Positions 5,649 to 14,888 of a stretch of 25,881 bases of DNA are shown piece after piece. This stretch comes from a virus (lineage: Duplodnaviria > Caudoviricetes), in the IMG/VR virus record IMGVR_UViG_3300044974_000384, positions 1 to 25,881 of that record; one strand, given 5' to 3'. The stretch's first letter is position 1. The number at the start of each line of letters is the position of its first letter. A program made the translations under genes and the position numbers. The notes below the pieces were generated by a model, which was given only the letters and a program-made list of their open reading frames with translations, made no database searches and was not told the origin of the DNA.

Positions 5649-6566
5649 ATGTCTAGATATGGTCAGCGCACACTTGTTGGTGACAATCGTGCAATAACAG
5701 GTCTCGGTAAAGCACCTGCGGCTGCTGGAACGCCTATAATTGATTTCCTTGTTCAAGCAGGCGGTGGTGCAGGCGGTGGCGGTATTGCTGGTGGTGGCGG
5801 TGCTGGTGGTTTGCGTAGTTCTGTTTCTGCTACGGGTGGTGGTGCAACATATTTAGAACCTGCTCTTTCATTAATCACGGGTAGAAGTTATGCGGTGGTT
5901 GTCGGTGCTGGCGGTGCTGGTGGTAGTGGCACTTATCCAAATATTACAAAAGGGTCTAACGGCGGTAACTCATCTTTTGATGTATATACATCAACTGGTG
6001 GCGGTGCTGGCGGTTCATACACCATTGAGGTGGCTGGTAGTGGTGGCGGTTGTGGTGGTGGTGGTGCGTATGGTGCTACTTCTGGTTCAGGAACTACTAG
6101 TCAGGGTTTTGCTGGTGGTGGTGGTAGCACGGGTGGTCGTGGTGGTGGCGGAACTTCCGCAGTAGGTGGCAACGCTGGTTCGCCATCAAGTGCTGGCGGT
6201 AATGGTGGTGCTGGGGCAAGCAACGATATTACTGGTTCATCTGTGTCGTATGGCGGTGGCGGTGGCGGTGGCGGATATAATGCAGCATCGGGAACTGGTG
6301 GTGCTGGTGGCGGTGGTGCTGGTGGCGCATCAGCCGGAACGGCAGGCACAGCAGGCACAGCAAATACAGGTGGCGGTGGTGGCGGTGGCAGAGGCACGGG
6401 TGGTAGTTATACAACAGCAGCGGGTGGAAGCGGTGTCGTGATTGTGCGCTATCCATCGACATACACAATCACTATTGGTGCTGGACTTACAGGTTCAACG
6501 GCTACATCGGGAAGTAATAAAGTTACGACCATTACTGCTGGTTCAGGCAATTTAAGTTGGGCGTAG
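5649..6566 (+). CDS. Glycine-rich domain protein (putative tail-fibre tip/adhesin)
   Basis: DFLVQAGGGAGG...GGGGAGGLR...ANTGGGGGG...GGSGVVIVRYP, the characteristic phage Gly-rich domain. Confidence 0.85.
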   Translation: MSRYGQRTLVGDNRAITGLGKAPAAAGTPIIDFLVQAGGGAGGGGIAGGGGAGGLRSSVSATGGGATYLEPALSLITGRSYAVVVGAGGAGGSGTYPNITKGSNGGNSSFDVYTSTGGGAGGSYTIEVAGSGGGCGGGGAYGATSGSGTTSQGFAGGGGSTGGRGGGGTSAVGGNAGSPSSAGGNGGAGASNDITGSSVSYGGGGGGGGYNAASGTGGAGGGGAGGASAGTAGTAGTANTGGGGGGGRGTGGSYTTAAGGSGVVIVRYPSTYTITIGAGLTGSTATSGSNKVTTITAGSGNLSWA

Positions 6567-7261
6567 TGAGACAATTTATTGCTCTTAGTGGTTTGCCACG
6601 CTCAGGTTCAACTTTGTTGTCGGCTATCTTGCATCAGAACCCTGACATTTATGCTGAAGGTAATTCGGCTGTGTGTCAGTTGATGTGGGATATGCAACAG
6701 TCCTGTGAAACAACATCAAAAGAACAGTTAGATGCAAACTATCGTTATGACACGGCGTATCAACTCGTTAAAGCAATTCCCGATATTTATTATCGAAATA
6801 CGACACGACCAATCGTGGTTGATAAATGCCGTTCGTGGACTTTGTCACCTAACCAAGATTTGTTACGCCGATATGTTACTGATACACCAAAAACAATCGT
6901 TCTAACTAGACCAACAGATGAAATTCTCAATTCATTTGAGTCACTTCACAAATTGAACAATAAACCTTTTGATGCAAACGAATATCTACGAGAGGACAGC
7001 GAACCTTTGATGCGTTCTTTGCGTGGTGTTGAATGGGCGAAACAAGTTAATCAAGGCGAGTTTTTGTTTATTGATTACGCAGAACTGGTTGCCGACACAA
7101 ACGAAGTGCTGGACAAGATTTATTCTTTCATTGATGCAAAAAGATTTGAACACGACCTAGAGAATATAGAAAATACTTTGCCTGAAAACGATGCGGTGTA
7201 TGGTTTGTTGGGTATGCACGATGTTCGTAAAACAATTAAATTAAGAACAGAGGTCATCTAA
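6566..7261 (+). CDS. PAPS-dependent sulfotransferase family protein
   Basis: 5'-PSB loop SGLPRSGSTLL, VVDK, and 3'-PB-like R-x7-S (RPTDEILNS); GTG start overlapping the upstream TAG. Confidence 0.85.
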   Translation: MRQFIALSGLPRSGSTLLSAILHQNPDIYAEGNSAVCQLMWDMQQSCETTSKEQLDANYRYDTAYQLVKAIPDIYYRNTTRPIVVDKCRSWTLSPNQDLLRRYVTDTPKTIVLTRPTDEILNSFESLHKLNNKPFDANEYLREDSEPLMRSLRGVEWAKQVNQGEFLFIDYAELVADTNEVLDKIYSFIDAKRFEHDLENIENTLPENDAVYGLLGMHDVRKTIKLRTEVI

Positions 7262-7527
7262 TGGCGCACTATGCACTTATCAATTCTGACAATGTTGTAG
7301 TTCAAGTTATTACGGGTGTTGATGAAACGGTTACACAACTTGATAACGGTGTAGAGGTTGGTGGTTCTACTGAAGCGTGGGAACAGTTCTACGAGAATCA
7401 ACCGTGGCACTCAGGCTTGACCTGTAAACGCACTTCATATAACGGAAACATTCGTGGCACATACGCTGGCATCGGTTTCACCTATGACCCTGACGCTGAT
7501 GAGTTTGTAAAACCCGAACTTGCGTAA
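7261..7527 (+). CDS. Small protein of the type accompanying phage Gly-rich proteins
   Basis: MAHYA...VVVQVI...RTSYN...YAGIGFTYD...DEF; TAATG coupling. Confidence 0.75.
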   Translation: MAHYALINSDNVVVQVITGVDETVTQLDNGVEVGGSTEAWEQFYENQPWHSGLTCKRTSYNGNIRGTYAGIGFTYDPDADEFVKPELA

Positions 7528-7535
7528 TTGTGATT

Positions 7536-7571
7536 ACAAAATTAATTTTGTTTTATTGCTGTAATTAAACA
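7536..7571 (+). promoter_or_regulatory. 16 bp palindrome and extended -10-like element
   Basis: ACAAAATTAATTTTGT (7536-7551), then TG-c-TGTAAT ending 6 nt before ATG 7572. Confidence 0.45.
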
Positions 7572-8165
7572 ATGCTTCATTACAAACCTAACGAAACCCA
7601 TTCAATTACTTATCCGTATTGTTATGAACACGAGTTATTTAACCGTCAAGAACTAAAAAAAATAATTACTTACTGTGATTTGTTGCCAAAAGAAATAGGA
7701 GAAATAGGTAATGGTTTGCAACTTTCTAAAAGAAAAGATGTTCGCAAATCCAATATTGCTTGGGTTGAGTACAATAATGAATGTAAATGGTTTTACGACA
7801 AATTGGCATCTGCGATTGACACATTAAATCAAAACTTTTATAAGTTTGATTTAGTTGGTTTTCACAATTATCAGTTTACGGAATACAAAGCAAAAGATAA
7901 AGGCAAATATGATTGGCATATGGATACTATGTTAAGCAATAATGCCGAGCCATTAACTCGAAAATTGTCGGTTACTTTATTATTGAATGACAATTTTGAT
8001 GGCGGTCAATTTGAGTTTTTTGATTTAGAAAAAGAACATCAACCAAAGATGACGGCTGGAACTTTAATTGTTTTTCCGTCTTTTATGGTTCATAGAGTTA
8101 CCGAAATAACCAAAGGTGTTCGCAATTCGTTGGTGTGTTGGTGTGTTGGTCCAAAATTTAAATGA
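7572..8165 (+). CDS. 2OG-Fe(II) oxygenase (PKHD/prolyl-hydroxylase-like)
   Basis: HxD (YDWHMD), RKLSVTLLL, FDGGQF, FPSFMVHRV, RNSLV motifs. Confidence 0.9.
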   Translation: MLHYKPNETHSITYPYCYEHELFNRQELKKIITYCDLLPKEIGEIGNGLQLSKRKDVRKSNIAWVEYNNECKWFYDKLASAIDTLNQNFYKFDLVGFHNYQFTEYKAKDKGKYDWHMDTMLSNNAEPLTRKLSVTLLLNDNFDGGQFEFFDLEKEHQPKMTAGTLIVFPSFMVHRVTEITKGVRNSLVCWCVGPKFK

Positions 8166-8166
8166 T

Positions 8167-9744
8167 GTGGGTCGCAATCTAACTAGGTGGCTTATTCCGC
8201 TACCAGCAATCCTGTTCGCAGTATTCCCAAACCAAGCGAACGCTGAACCAACACCAGGGTTAGCAACCACCTACTACACAATCGACGAAATACCACCCGT
8301 TCAGTCCACCACCGAATACCCTGTCTGCGGTACAGAAACAGAGAACAACATCAACCGAAACTACGACGGCGAACTATTCGAGGACTGCACAGGCGACTTG
8401 TTCATGGTCCACATGACCGGCTACATAGATATCCCTGAGCATCAGACAATCGAGTTCATGCTCGCACACGATGACGGCGGCGAGATAACTATTGACGGCA
8501 ACACATTCGGTGTTTGGAATGACCAAGGTTGTTCGTGGAGTATGTCAGATGAACTAGAACTAGATGCAGGTAGCCAGCCTTTAGAATTGTGGATGTACGA
8601 GAACGGCGGGGTTGCCTGTCTAATGCTCGCCTGGAAGATTGATGATGAAGGCTGGGCGATAGTCCCAGACTCCGCGTTTACTACTAACGGAGTCTCGCAG
8701 ACAACTTTAACAACAACTTCAACAACCACATCCTCAACGACCACAACAACTTCGACATCTACGACAACCCTTCCCACATCAACGACCACAACCAGCGAAC
8801 CAGTTCAGACAAGCACAACCACATCAGTTGAAAGTACAACGACAACCACGACCACAACAACTCAACCAGCCCCGACAACAACGCAAGCACCTTACACTCC
8901 CCCGCAAACCACCACTACTAATCCCACCATCGAGACTCAACCGATAACCACCATAACCTTACCCGAAACCATAGTTGTCTTACCCGAAACCACAGCACCA
9001 GAAACATTTATAACCGAACCAGACGAAGTGATTTTGCCTGACATAACCGAACCGGAAACATTTATAACCTATCCTGACGGTCCTCTTGAAGAACCTGTTG
9101 TGCCTGTTGAGACAACCATTCTTGAGACATTTTTTCCCGACTACGAAGTCGGGCCTGTTCTTGATGAAACAGAACAGCCAGAAGACACAATAGAGCTGCC
9201 GGAATATATAACAGAAACAACACTATTAGAAGAAACGGATTCATCACCTATTACTCTACCCGAACTTGTAGCAGACGAACAAGTAACAGAAGTATTGGAA
9301 GAAGTCATCGAAGATGAACCCGTCACTGACGAACAAGTAGAACAAATCTTAGAAACCCTTACCGAAGCCGCACCTGAACAGATTGTGGAGGCTATTACCC
9401 AAGTCTTAGCCGCGGATATCACCTCGGACCAAGCAACGGAAATAGCATCAAGCCCTGAAGTTTTGGCTGCTATTACCGAAACCCAAGCTGAAGAACTCTT
9501 TGAACAAATCGTTGTGGACGAATTATCTGAGGAACAGTTGGAGGCGTTTACTGAAGCCATTCAGGAAGCGCCAACAGAAATCAAGCAAGTTTTTGAGAAA
9601 ACTATTGATATTTTTAGTTCTAAATTTGATGAATATGTGCCAACCGGCTCTAACGTGCCGGTTCGCACCCGTAGAACCCTTGTAGTTATTGGGTCCTTGT
9701 TAACGATGTTACCAAGTGTACATATTAAGACAGGTAAATTATGA
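8167..9744 (+). CDS. Secreted/membrane-anchored PA14-like protein with Thr/Pro/Glu-rich stalk
   Basis: GTG start; signal peptide ending ANA|E; PA14-like GLATTYY...HDDGG...WMYENGG...LAW; poly-Thr linker; acidic helical region; C-terminal hydrophobic segment after RTRR. Confidence 0.8.
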   Translation: MGRNLTRWLIPLPAILFAVFPNQANAEPTPGLATTYYTIDEIPPVQSTTEYPVCGTETENNINRNYDGELFEDCTGDLFMVHMTGYIDIPEHQTIEFMLAHDDGGEITIDGNTFGVWNDQGCSWSMSDELELDAGSQPLELWMYENGGVACLMLAWKIDDEGWAIVPDSAFTTNGVSQTTLTTTSTTTSSTTTTTSTSTTTLPTSTTTTSEPVQTSTTTSVESTTTTTTTTTQPAPTTTQAPYTPPQTTTTNPTIETQPITTITLPETIVVLPETTAPETFITEPDEVILPDITEPETFITYPDGPLEEPVVPVETTILETFFPDYEVGPVLDETEQPEDTIELPEYITETTLLEETDSSPITLPELVADEQVTEVLEEVIEDEPVTDEQVEQILETLTEAAPEQIVEAITQVLAADITSDQATEIASSPEVLAAITETQAEELFEQIVVDELSEEQLEAFTEAIQEAPTEIKQVFEKTIDIFSSKFDEYVPTGSNVPVRTRRTLVVIGSLLTMLPSVHIKTGKL

Positions 9745-9908
9745 AGAAACTACTTAACTATCTAGCTGAGAACACTTGGACTTGGGCGGGCACGGGCATG
9801 GTATTAATTACCTTGTCTGGACCCACTTTTCGTCAGGCTGTGTTTTTGACAGGTACTGCCGTGGTTCTTCATTCCGTAATAACCCTAAGTCAGAAAGATG
9901 AAAAATGA
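9741..9908 (+). CDS. Small membrane protein (55 aa), missing from the ORF track
   Basis: MKKLLNYLAENTWTWAGTGMVLITLSGPTFRQAVFLTGTAVVLHSVITLSQKDEK; ATGA overlaps at both ends. Confidence 0.75.
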   Translation: MKKLLNYLAENTWTWAGTGMVLITLSGPTFRQAVFLTGTAVVLHSVITLSQKDEK

Positions 9909-10150
9909 ACTCAGCAATTGCAAAAGCCTTAGACCTTGGACAACGACTTGTATCGTTGTTTATTGCCAGCGCATTACCAATCATCACAGGTGGAGCAATC
10001 CTCGGTGTTGATGTGATTAAGTCGGCTGGTGTTGCAGGACTTACAGCCTTGTTTGGTGTTGTACAGAAACTTGCCGCAGCGTCAGTTGATGGCGAGCTTA
10101 CATCAGCAGAAATTAGCGCAGCGTTTGGAACTAAGACCAAGAAGAAGTAA
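9905..10150 (+). CDS. Holin-like membrane protein
   Basis: 81 aa, two hydrophobic segments, basic C-terminus KTKKK. Confidence 0.55.
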   Translation: MNSAIAKALDLGQRLVSLFIASALPIITGGAILGVDVIKSAGVAGLTALFGVVQKLAAASVDGELTSAEISAAFGTKTKKK

Positions 10151-11745
10151 TGGAATTATCCGACCTTCTCAACGAGAAGGAATGGAGAAAATGTAAAGGT
10201 CCTGAGGACGCAACCTTAGAACAACAGGTTGAAGCATTTGAATATTTCTGTTCCAACTATTGGATGATACGCCACCCTGAACGGGGTCGTATCAAGTTTG
10301 AGTTGCGTGATGCGCAACGAGAAACAATTGCCACATGGTTATCCACCCGATACTCGATAGTGCTTAAAGCACGACAGATTGGGTTCTCTACCCTTGCGTC
10401 TGCATATTCATTTTGGTTGGCTTTCTTTTGGCCCGACAGATTTATTGTTATGCTTTCGCGCACAGAGCGCGAAGCAGCCAAGTTGTTACAGAAATCAAAG
10501 TACGGTTACAAGATGTTGCCGGCATGGATGCGCAAACATGGTCCAGAGTTGCTTTCCGATAATCAACTTAAGATTGTGTTCGCTAACGAGTCTGCGGTTG
10601 AGTCGCTGCCGTCAGGCAACGACCCAGCCCGAGGTGAATCGGTATTCTTGGTAATCATTGACGAGATGGCGTTTTTGCCAAACCCAAGCGAAGCTTGGGC
10701 ATCCATTGAGCCAATTGCCGATGTCGGCGGTCGTGTCATTTGTCTATCTACCGCCAACGGTGAGGGCAACATATTTCACGAGTTGTGGGTTGGTTCCCAA
10801 ACAAAAACAAATAGATTTACGGGAATCTTTTTCCCTTGGTCTGCTGGCGACCGTGACGAAGAATGGTACGAAGCCAAGAAGCGTGACTTGCCTGATTGGC
10901 AAATGGCACAAGAATATCCATCTGACCCAGACGAAGCCTTTATCCGTTCTGGTCGTCCTGTGTTTGATTTGGAAGCCTTGCGCGCGTATGAGCCCGAAGA
11001 ACCAAGTCGTGGTTACTTACACAAAGGAATGGGCAAGGGTGTTTATGAGTTCAGGGAAGATGGTGGTGAACTTGCTGTGTGGGAGTTCCCTGAGCGTGGT
11101 CAGGTTTATGTTATTGGTGCTGACGTTGCCGAAGGTCTAGGTCATGGCGACTTTAGTTCTGCACATGTAATCAATGTCGAAACAGGTTTGGTTGTAGCAC
11201 ATTGGCATGGTCATGTGGACGCAGACATATTTGGTGAAGAAGTTTTGTTTGCTTTGGGTTGGTGGTACAACCATTGTCTGATTGGTGTTGAGTCAAACAA
11301 CCACGGGTTGACAACCCTGAAAGGGTTGCAACGCGTGGGATACAAGAACCTGTTTCGTCAAAGACGGTTAGGTCAGCGCAACCCTACGGTTAGCGAGACT
11401 TTGGGTTGGCGTACAACATCGGTTTCTAAACCTTTAGCCATTGACGAACTAAACGGGAACATGCGAGATGGTGCTTTGTATATTGCATGCAAAGCAACAG
11501 TTGCCGAACTACGCACTTTTATCCGTCAACAAAATGGCAAGATGCACGGTTCGCCCCATGACGACAGAGTTATGTCTTTGGCTATCTGTAACCAGATGCT
11601 TAAATATGTTTGGCTACCTGAATATCGAATTACCGTTGCCCCCAAAAAGAATACGTTTGATTGGTGGAGCCAGCACATTCTGAAAGCACCAAAAGAGGGA
11701 AGACAACCAATCGGGGCAGAAAATGTCAGAAAAGTAACGATTTAG
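10150..11745 (+). CDS. terL: Terminase large subunit
   Basis: Q motif (LRDAQ), Walker A VLKARQIGFST, Walker B LVIIDEMAF, motif III LSTANG, nuclease motifs IGADVAEG, GVESNN, HDDRVMS. Confidence 0.95.
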   Translation: MELSDLLNEKEWRKCKGPEDATLEQQVEAFEYFCSNYWMIRHPERGRIKFELRDAQRETIATWLSTRYSIVLKARQIGFSTLASAYSFWLAFFWPDRFIVMLSRTEREAAKLLQKSKYGYKMLPAWMRKHGPELLSDNQLKIVFANESAVESLPSGNDPARGESVFLVIIDEMAFLPNPSEAWASIEPIADVGGRVICLSTANGEGNIFHELWVGSQTKTNRFTGIFFPWSAGDRDEEWYEAKKRDLPDWQMAQEYPSDPDEAFIRSGRPVFDLEALRAYEPEEPSRGYLHKGMGKGVYEFREDGGELAVWEFPERGQVYVIGADVAEGLGHGDFSSAHVINVETGLVVAHWHGHVDADIFGEEVLFALGWWYNHCLIGVESNNHGLTTLKGLQRVGYKNLFRQRRLGQRNPTVSETLGWRTTSVSKPLAIDELNGNMRDGALYIACKATVAELRTFIRQQNGKMHGSPHDDRVMSLAICNQMLKYVWLPEYRITVAPKKNTFDWWSQHILKAPKEGRQPIGAENVRKVTI

Positions 11746-11755
11746 GATTGTATTG
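11734..11755 (+). promoter_or_regulatory. GTAACG-N11-TATTG motif abutting ATG
   Basis: gtaacg-atttaggattg-tattg-ATG(11756). Confidence 0.55.
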
Positions 11756-11983
11756 ATGCTTTCCATAACCTGCGACAACTGTTCTACAGAGTTTTATGCA
11801 CCAGAATTGCCAAGGCGGGGTGCTATTTGCTTTAAATGCCACATAGGCACGGTAAATCTAGGGTTTACCTACGGCAAAGAAGACTTTCATGGACCAACCA
11901 TCAAGGAACGTCAACAGAAACAGGTTGCAGATGCCAAGATAAATGGCATCAACGCCGAGCCCGTTGGCAGTCGTTGGATTTAA
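11756..11983 (+). CDS. Small zinc-ribbon protein
   Basis: CDNC...CFKC; lies between terL and portal. Confidence 0.75.
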   Translation: MLSITCDNCSTEFYAPELPRRGAICFKCHIGTVNLGFTYGKEDFHGPTIKERQQKQVADAKINGINAEPVGSRWI

Positions 11984-11987
11984 TGCC

Positions 11988-12188
11988 ATGCCTGAAATCT
12001 GGGTCCCGATTGTCGTTGCCGTTATTACGGGCCCGGTAGTAGTAGTCCTGAGCAAGCTACGCAAAGAAAACTCAGAACAACATGCAGAAGGTAGGGAGTT
12101 GCTGGAAGCAATAGGCATAAAGGTGGATAAGGTCGGCAGTAAGTTAGATGAACATATTGGTTGGCACAAGGGTAAAGAGGATAAATAA
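11988..12188 (+). CDS. Single-pass membrane protein with coiled coil (possible lysis accessory)
   Basis: N-terminal hydrophobic helix WVPIVVAVITGPVVVVL, then KVDKVGSKLDEHIGWH; TAATG coupling to portal. Confidence 0.7.
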   Translation: MPEIWVPIVVAVITGPVVVVLSKLRKENSEQHAEGRELLEAIGIKVDKVGSKLDEHIGWHKGKEDK

Positions 12189-14038
12189 TGGCACGAATGA
12201 CTAACACGGAAATCTTAAAGAAGTATCGAGAGAAGCTGGAACAGTCACGCCGTTGGCGACAAGAAGAACGCTACGACGACCTTTGGAGTCGTCTAATTGA
12301 TTTGTACCGTGGCAAACATCATCGTACCGACATCAAAGAAGACCAGTTGTTGGTAAACATTGCGTTTGCAACTATCAACGTTATTTCGCCTGCCGTATCT
12401 ATTAATCACCCAAAAATTACGGTAAACGCCAAACGGCCAGAAGATGCCGATAAGGCAATTGTTACGGAAGCAATTATCAACTACTGGTGGCAACATTATG
12501 GTTGTCAAGAGCAGTTTCGCCGTGCGGTTAAAGACTTTCTTATTTGCGGACACGGGTGGGTAAAGACTGGTTATCGTTACGTTGAAGAAGAAAAAGCAAA
12601 AGACGAAACACCGAACTTTGATTCATACGATGAATTAACAACGCCTGGTCCGGAAGCCGCCGTTGAATCAGAATTAATCATTAAAGAAGATAGAGCTTTT
12701 GTTGAGCGTGTTTCTTTGTTTGACATGTATGTTGACCCAGACGCAACATCAATGGACGATATCCGTTGGATTGCACAACGCACTCGTCGTCCGCTAGAAG
12801 ACGTAAAGAAAGACAAAAGATACAATGCTTCTGCGCGCGCGGACGCGGCGCCTTCGCATTATTCAAAGTGGGGACAAGACCAGTTCCGTCCACGAATGTC
12901 AACAGACAAAGATAACTCATATGTTGAGATTTGGGAATGGTATGACATTGATAAAAATACAATGTCCGTGTTTTGTGATGGCTCAGACAAGTTTCTTGTT
13001 TCGCCAACAAAAATGCCTTTCTTGTTCGGACATCCGTACACAATGTTACGCAACTACGATATACCAGATTATTTTTACCCAATGGGTGAACTAGAAGCAA
13101 TTGAGCCACTACAACACGAATTGAATCTGACCCGTACACAGATGATGAACCACCGTAAACGGTTCTCTCGTAAGTGGTTATACAAAGAAACAGCATTTGA
13201 TACAGATGGTCGCAATGCCCTTGAGTCGGATGAAGACAACGTAATGGTGCCAGTTGTTTCTGACGAAAGCATTAACAACGTAATTACGCCAATGCCGGCA
13301 GTAATTAACCCACCAGAGTTCTACAACCAATCACAATTGATTTCCGAGGATATTCGTTCAGTCTCTGGACTTAACGAATATCAGGGTGGTGGAATGCCAG
13401 AAATTCGTCGAACGGCAACAGAGGCGGCAATTATTCAGGACGCTGCCAATGCTCGCGTTTCGGACAAGTTGGCAATCGTCGAAAAGAGCATTGGGGAATG
13501 CGGTCGTCGTTTGATTATGCTTGCACAACAGTTTATGACTGGCGAACAGGCTGTTCGTATTGTGGGCTCGGAAGCCTCTCCAATTTGGCTGAAGTTTGAC
13601 CGAGATTACATTCAAGGTGAATTTGACTTCATTGTTGAGGGTGGTTCAACTCAGCCAGTCAATGAGTCATTCCGTCGCCAGATGGCAATGCAGGTTGTGG
13701 ATGCTATGGCACCGTTTGCTGGTGCTGGCATTTTGGATATGCCGAAACTTGCAACTTACGTTTTGCAATACGGTTTCGGTATTCGGGGTGCGGCGTCTTT
13801 TGTGAACGCCCAACCGATGATGCCTGTACCACCACCCGGCGCAGAACAGGGTGGTCAACCAATGCCACCAGAACAACCAATGCCACAAGGAATACCAATG
13901 CAGCAAGGTCCACCTGTTGATATGGGGCCAATGCCACCAACGGGTGGCATGGCTATGCCGTCAAATATTCCGCCACAAATTCTTGCACAATTGCTTGCGC
14001 AGGGCGCACCGCTACCAAATACTCAAGGAGCTATGTAA
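12188..14038 (+). CDS. Portal protein (P22-like)
   Basis: 616 aa between terL and scaffold; DFLICGHGWVKTG, VDPDAT, YFYPMGELE...LQHELN, RRTATEA motifs. Confidence 0.9.
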   Translation: MARMTNTEILKKYREKLEQSRRWRQEERYDDLWSRLIDLYRGKHHRTDIKEDQLLVNIAFATINVISPAVSINHPKITVNAKRPEDADKAIVTEAIINYWWQHYGCQEQFRRAVKDFLICGHGWVKTGYRYVEEEKAKDETPNFDSYDELTTPGPEAAVESELIIKEDRAFVERVSLFDMYVDPDATSMDDIRWIAQRTRRPLEDVKKDKRYNASARADAAPSHYSKWGQDQFRPRMSTDKDNSYVEIWEWYDIDKNTMSVFCDGSDKFLVSPTKMPFLFGHPYTMLRNYDIPDYFYPMGELEAIEPLQHELNLTRTQMMNHRKRFSRKWLYKETAFDTDGRNALESDEDNVMVPVVSDESINNVITPMPAVINPPEFYNQSQLISEDIRSVSGLNEYQGGGMPEIRRTATEAAIIQDAANARVSDKLAIVEKSIGECGRRLIMLAQQFMTGEQAVRIVGSEASPIWLKFDRDYIQGEFDFIVEGGSTQPVNESFRRQMAMQVVDAMAPFAGAGILDMPKLATYVLQYGFGIRGAASFVNAQPMMPVPPPGAEQGGQPMPPEQPMPQGIPMQQGPPVDMGPMPPTGGMAMPSNIPPQILAQLLAQGAPLPNTQGAM

Positions 14039-14058
14039 CGGTTTTGCGTTAGGTATAG
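14035..14058 (+). promoter_or_regulatory. GTAACG-N13-TATAG motif upstream of scaffold/capsid
   Basis: At the portal stop, upstream of a GGAGG RBS. Confidence 0.5.
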
Positions 14059-14079
14059 AGCAAACCGTTGGAGGACTCT

Positions 14080-14865
14080 ATGAGTAATGATAACACCGTT
14101 GATAGTGCAATTGAAGCCCCAGTAGCAGAAACTGTTGGACAAGCAGAAGTTAGCACGGAAATAGGTGAAGCCCCCGAAGTAAGCACCGATTATTTTGCTT
14201 GGGACGAATACGCTGACAAACCTGTCAAACTAAACGTCGCTGGTGAGGAAATTGATGTTCCACTAAAGGAGGCGCTTGCTGGATACCAGCGTCAAGCGGA
14301 CTATACCCGCAAGACACAGGAATTGAGTGAGCAACGGAAACAGGTGCAGTTTGGTGCTGCTTTGCAAGAAGCCTTGCAAAACGACCCAAAAAACACTTTG
14401 GAATTGTTGAAACAACATTATGGTTTAGAAGAACAGCAATCGTCGGAAGACGAACTGTTATTGGACCCAGTTGAGAAACAGTACCGACAACTAGAATCTC
14501 GAATGAAAGCATTTGAACAAGAAAAAGCAATGCGGGATTTGGAGAAGACAGTTGAGTCTCTGTCACGGAAATATGGCGACGCATTTGACGCAGATGAAGT
14601 AATTGCTAAAGCTTTGGCTACAGGCAATTCAAATCTGGAAGCCGTCTATAAACAGACAGCGTTTGACCGTATCTTTGAACAAAGTTTGACCGCATCTCAG
14701 TTAAAAGCTAAGAAGGCGGAAGAAGAACAAGCTATTGTTCAAGCGAAACGGGAAGCGACTGTTGTGTCCAAGGGCGCTTCAGCTAAAAGCGCCGACGTGT
14801 CTTCCAAGCCCGTAACCACACTTCGCGATGCTTTTGAATTGGCGAAACGCCAAATTAACGGCTAA
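14080..14865 (+). CDS. Capsid scaffolding protein
   Basis: GGAGG RBS; acidic N-terminus; VKLNVAGEEIDV.L.E...GYQRQADYTRKTQEL motif; helical; immediately before the major capsid gene. Confidence 0.85.
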   Translation: MSNDNTVDSAIEAPVAETVGQAEVSTEIGEAPEVSTDYFAWDEYADKPVKLNVAGEEIDVPLKEALAGYQRQADYTRKTQELSEQRKQVQFGAALQEALQNDPKNTLELLKQHYGLEEQQSSEDELLLDPVEKQYRQLESRMKAFEQEKAMRDLEKTVESLSRKYGDAFDADEVIAKALATGNSNLEAVYKQTAFDRIFEQSLTASQLKAKKAEEEQAIVQAKREATVVSKGASAKSADVSSKPVTTLRDAFELAKRQING

Positions 14866-14888
14866 CACTAACAACAGGAGATATTACT

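Noticed and set aside
5890-6468. Val-rich, Pro-rich and His-rich alternative-frame ORFs
   Set aside because: Shadows of the GGT/GGC codon repeats in the Gly-rich gene
8700-8960. ACA/ACC-rich tract as a DNA repeat element
   Set aside because: Explained by poly-Thr coding
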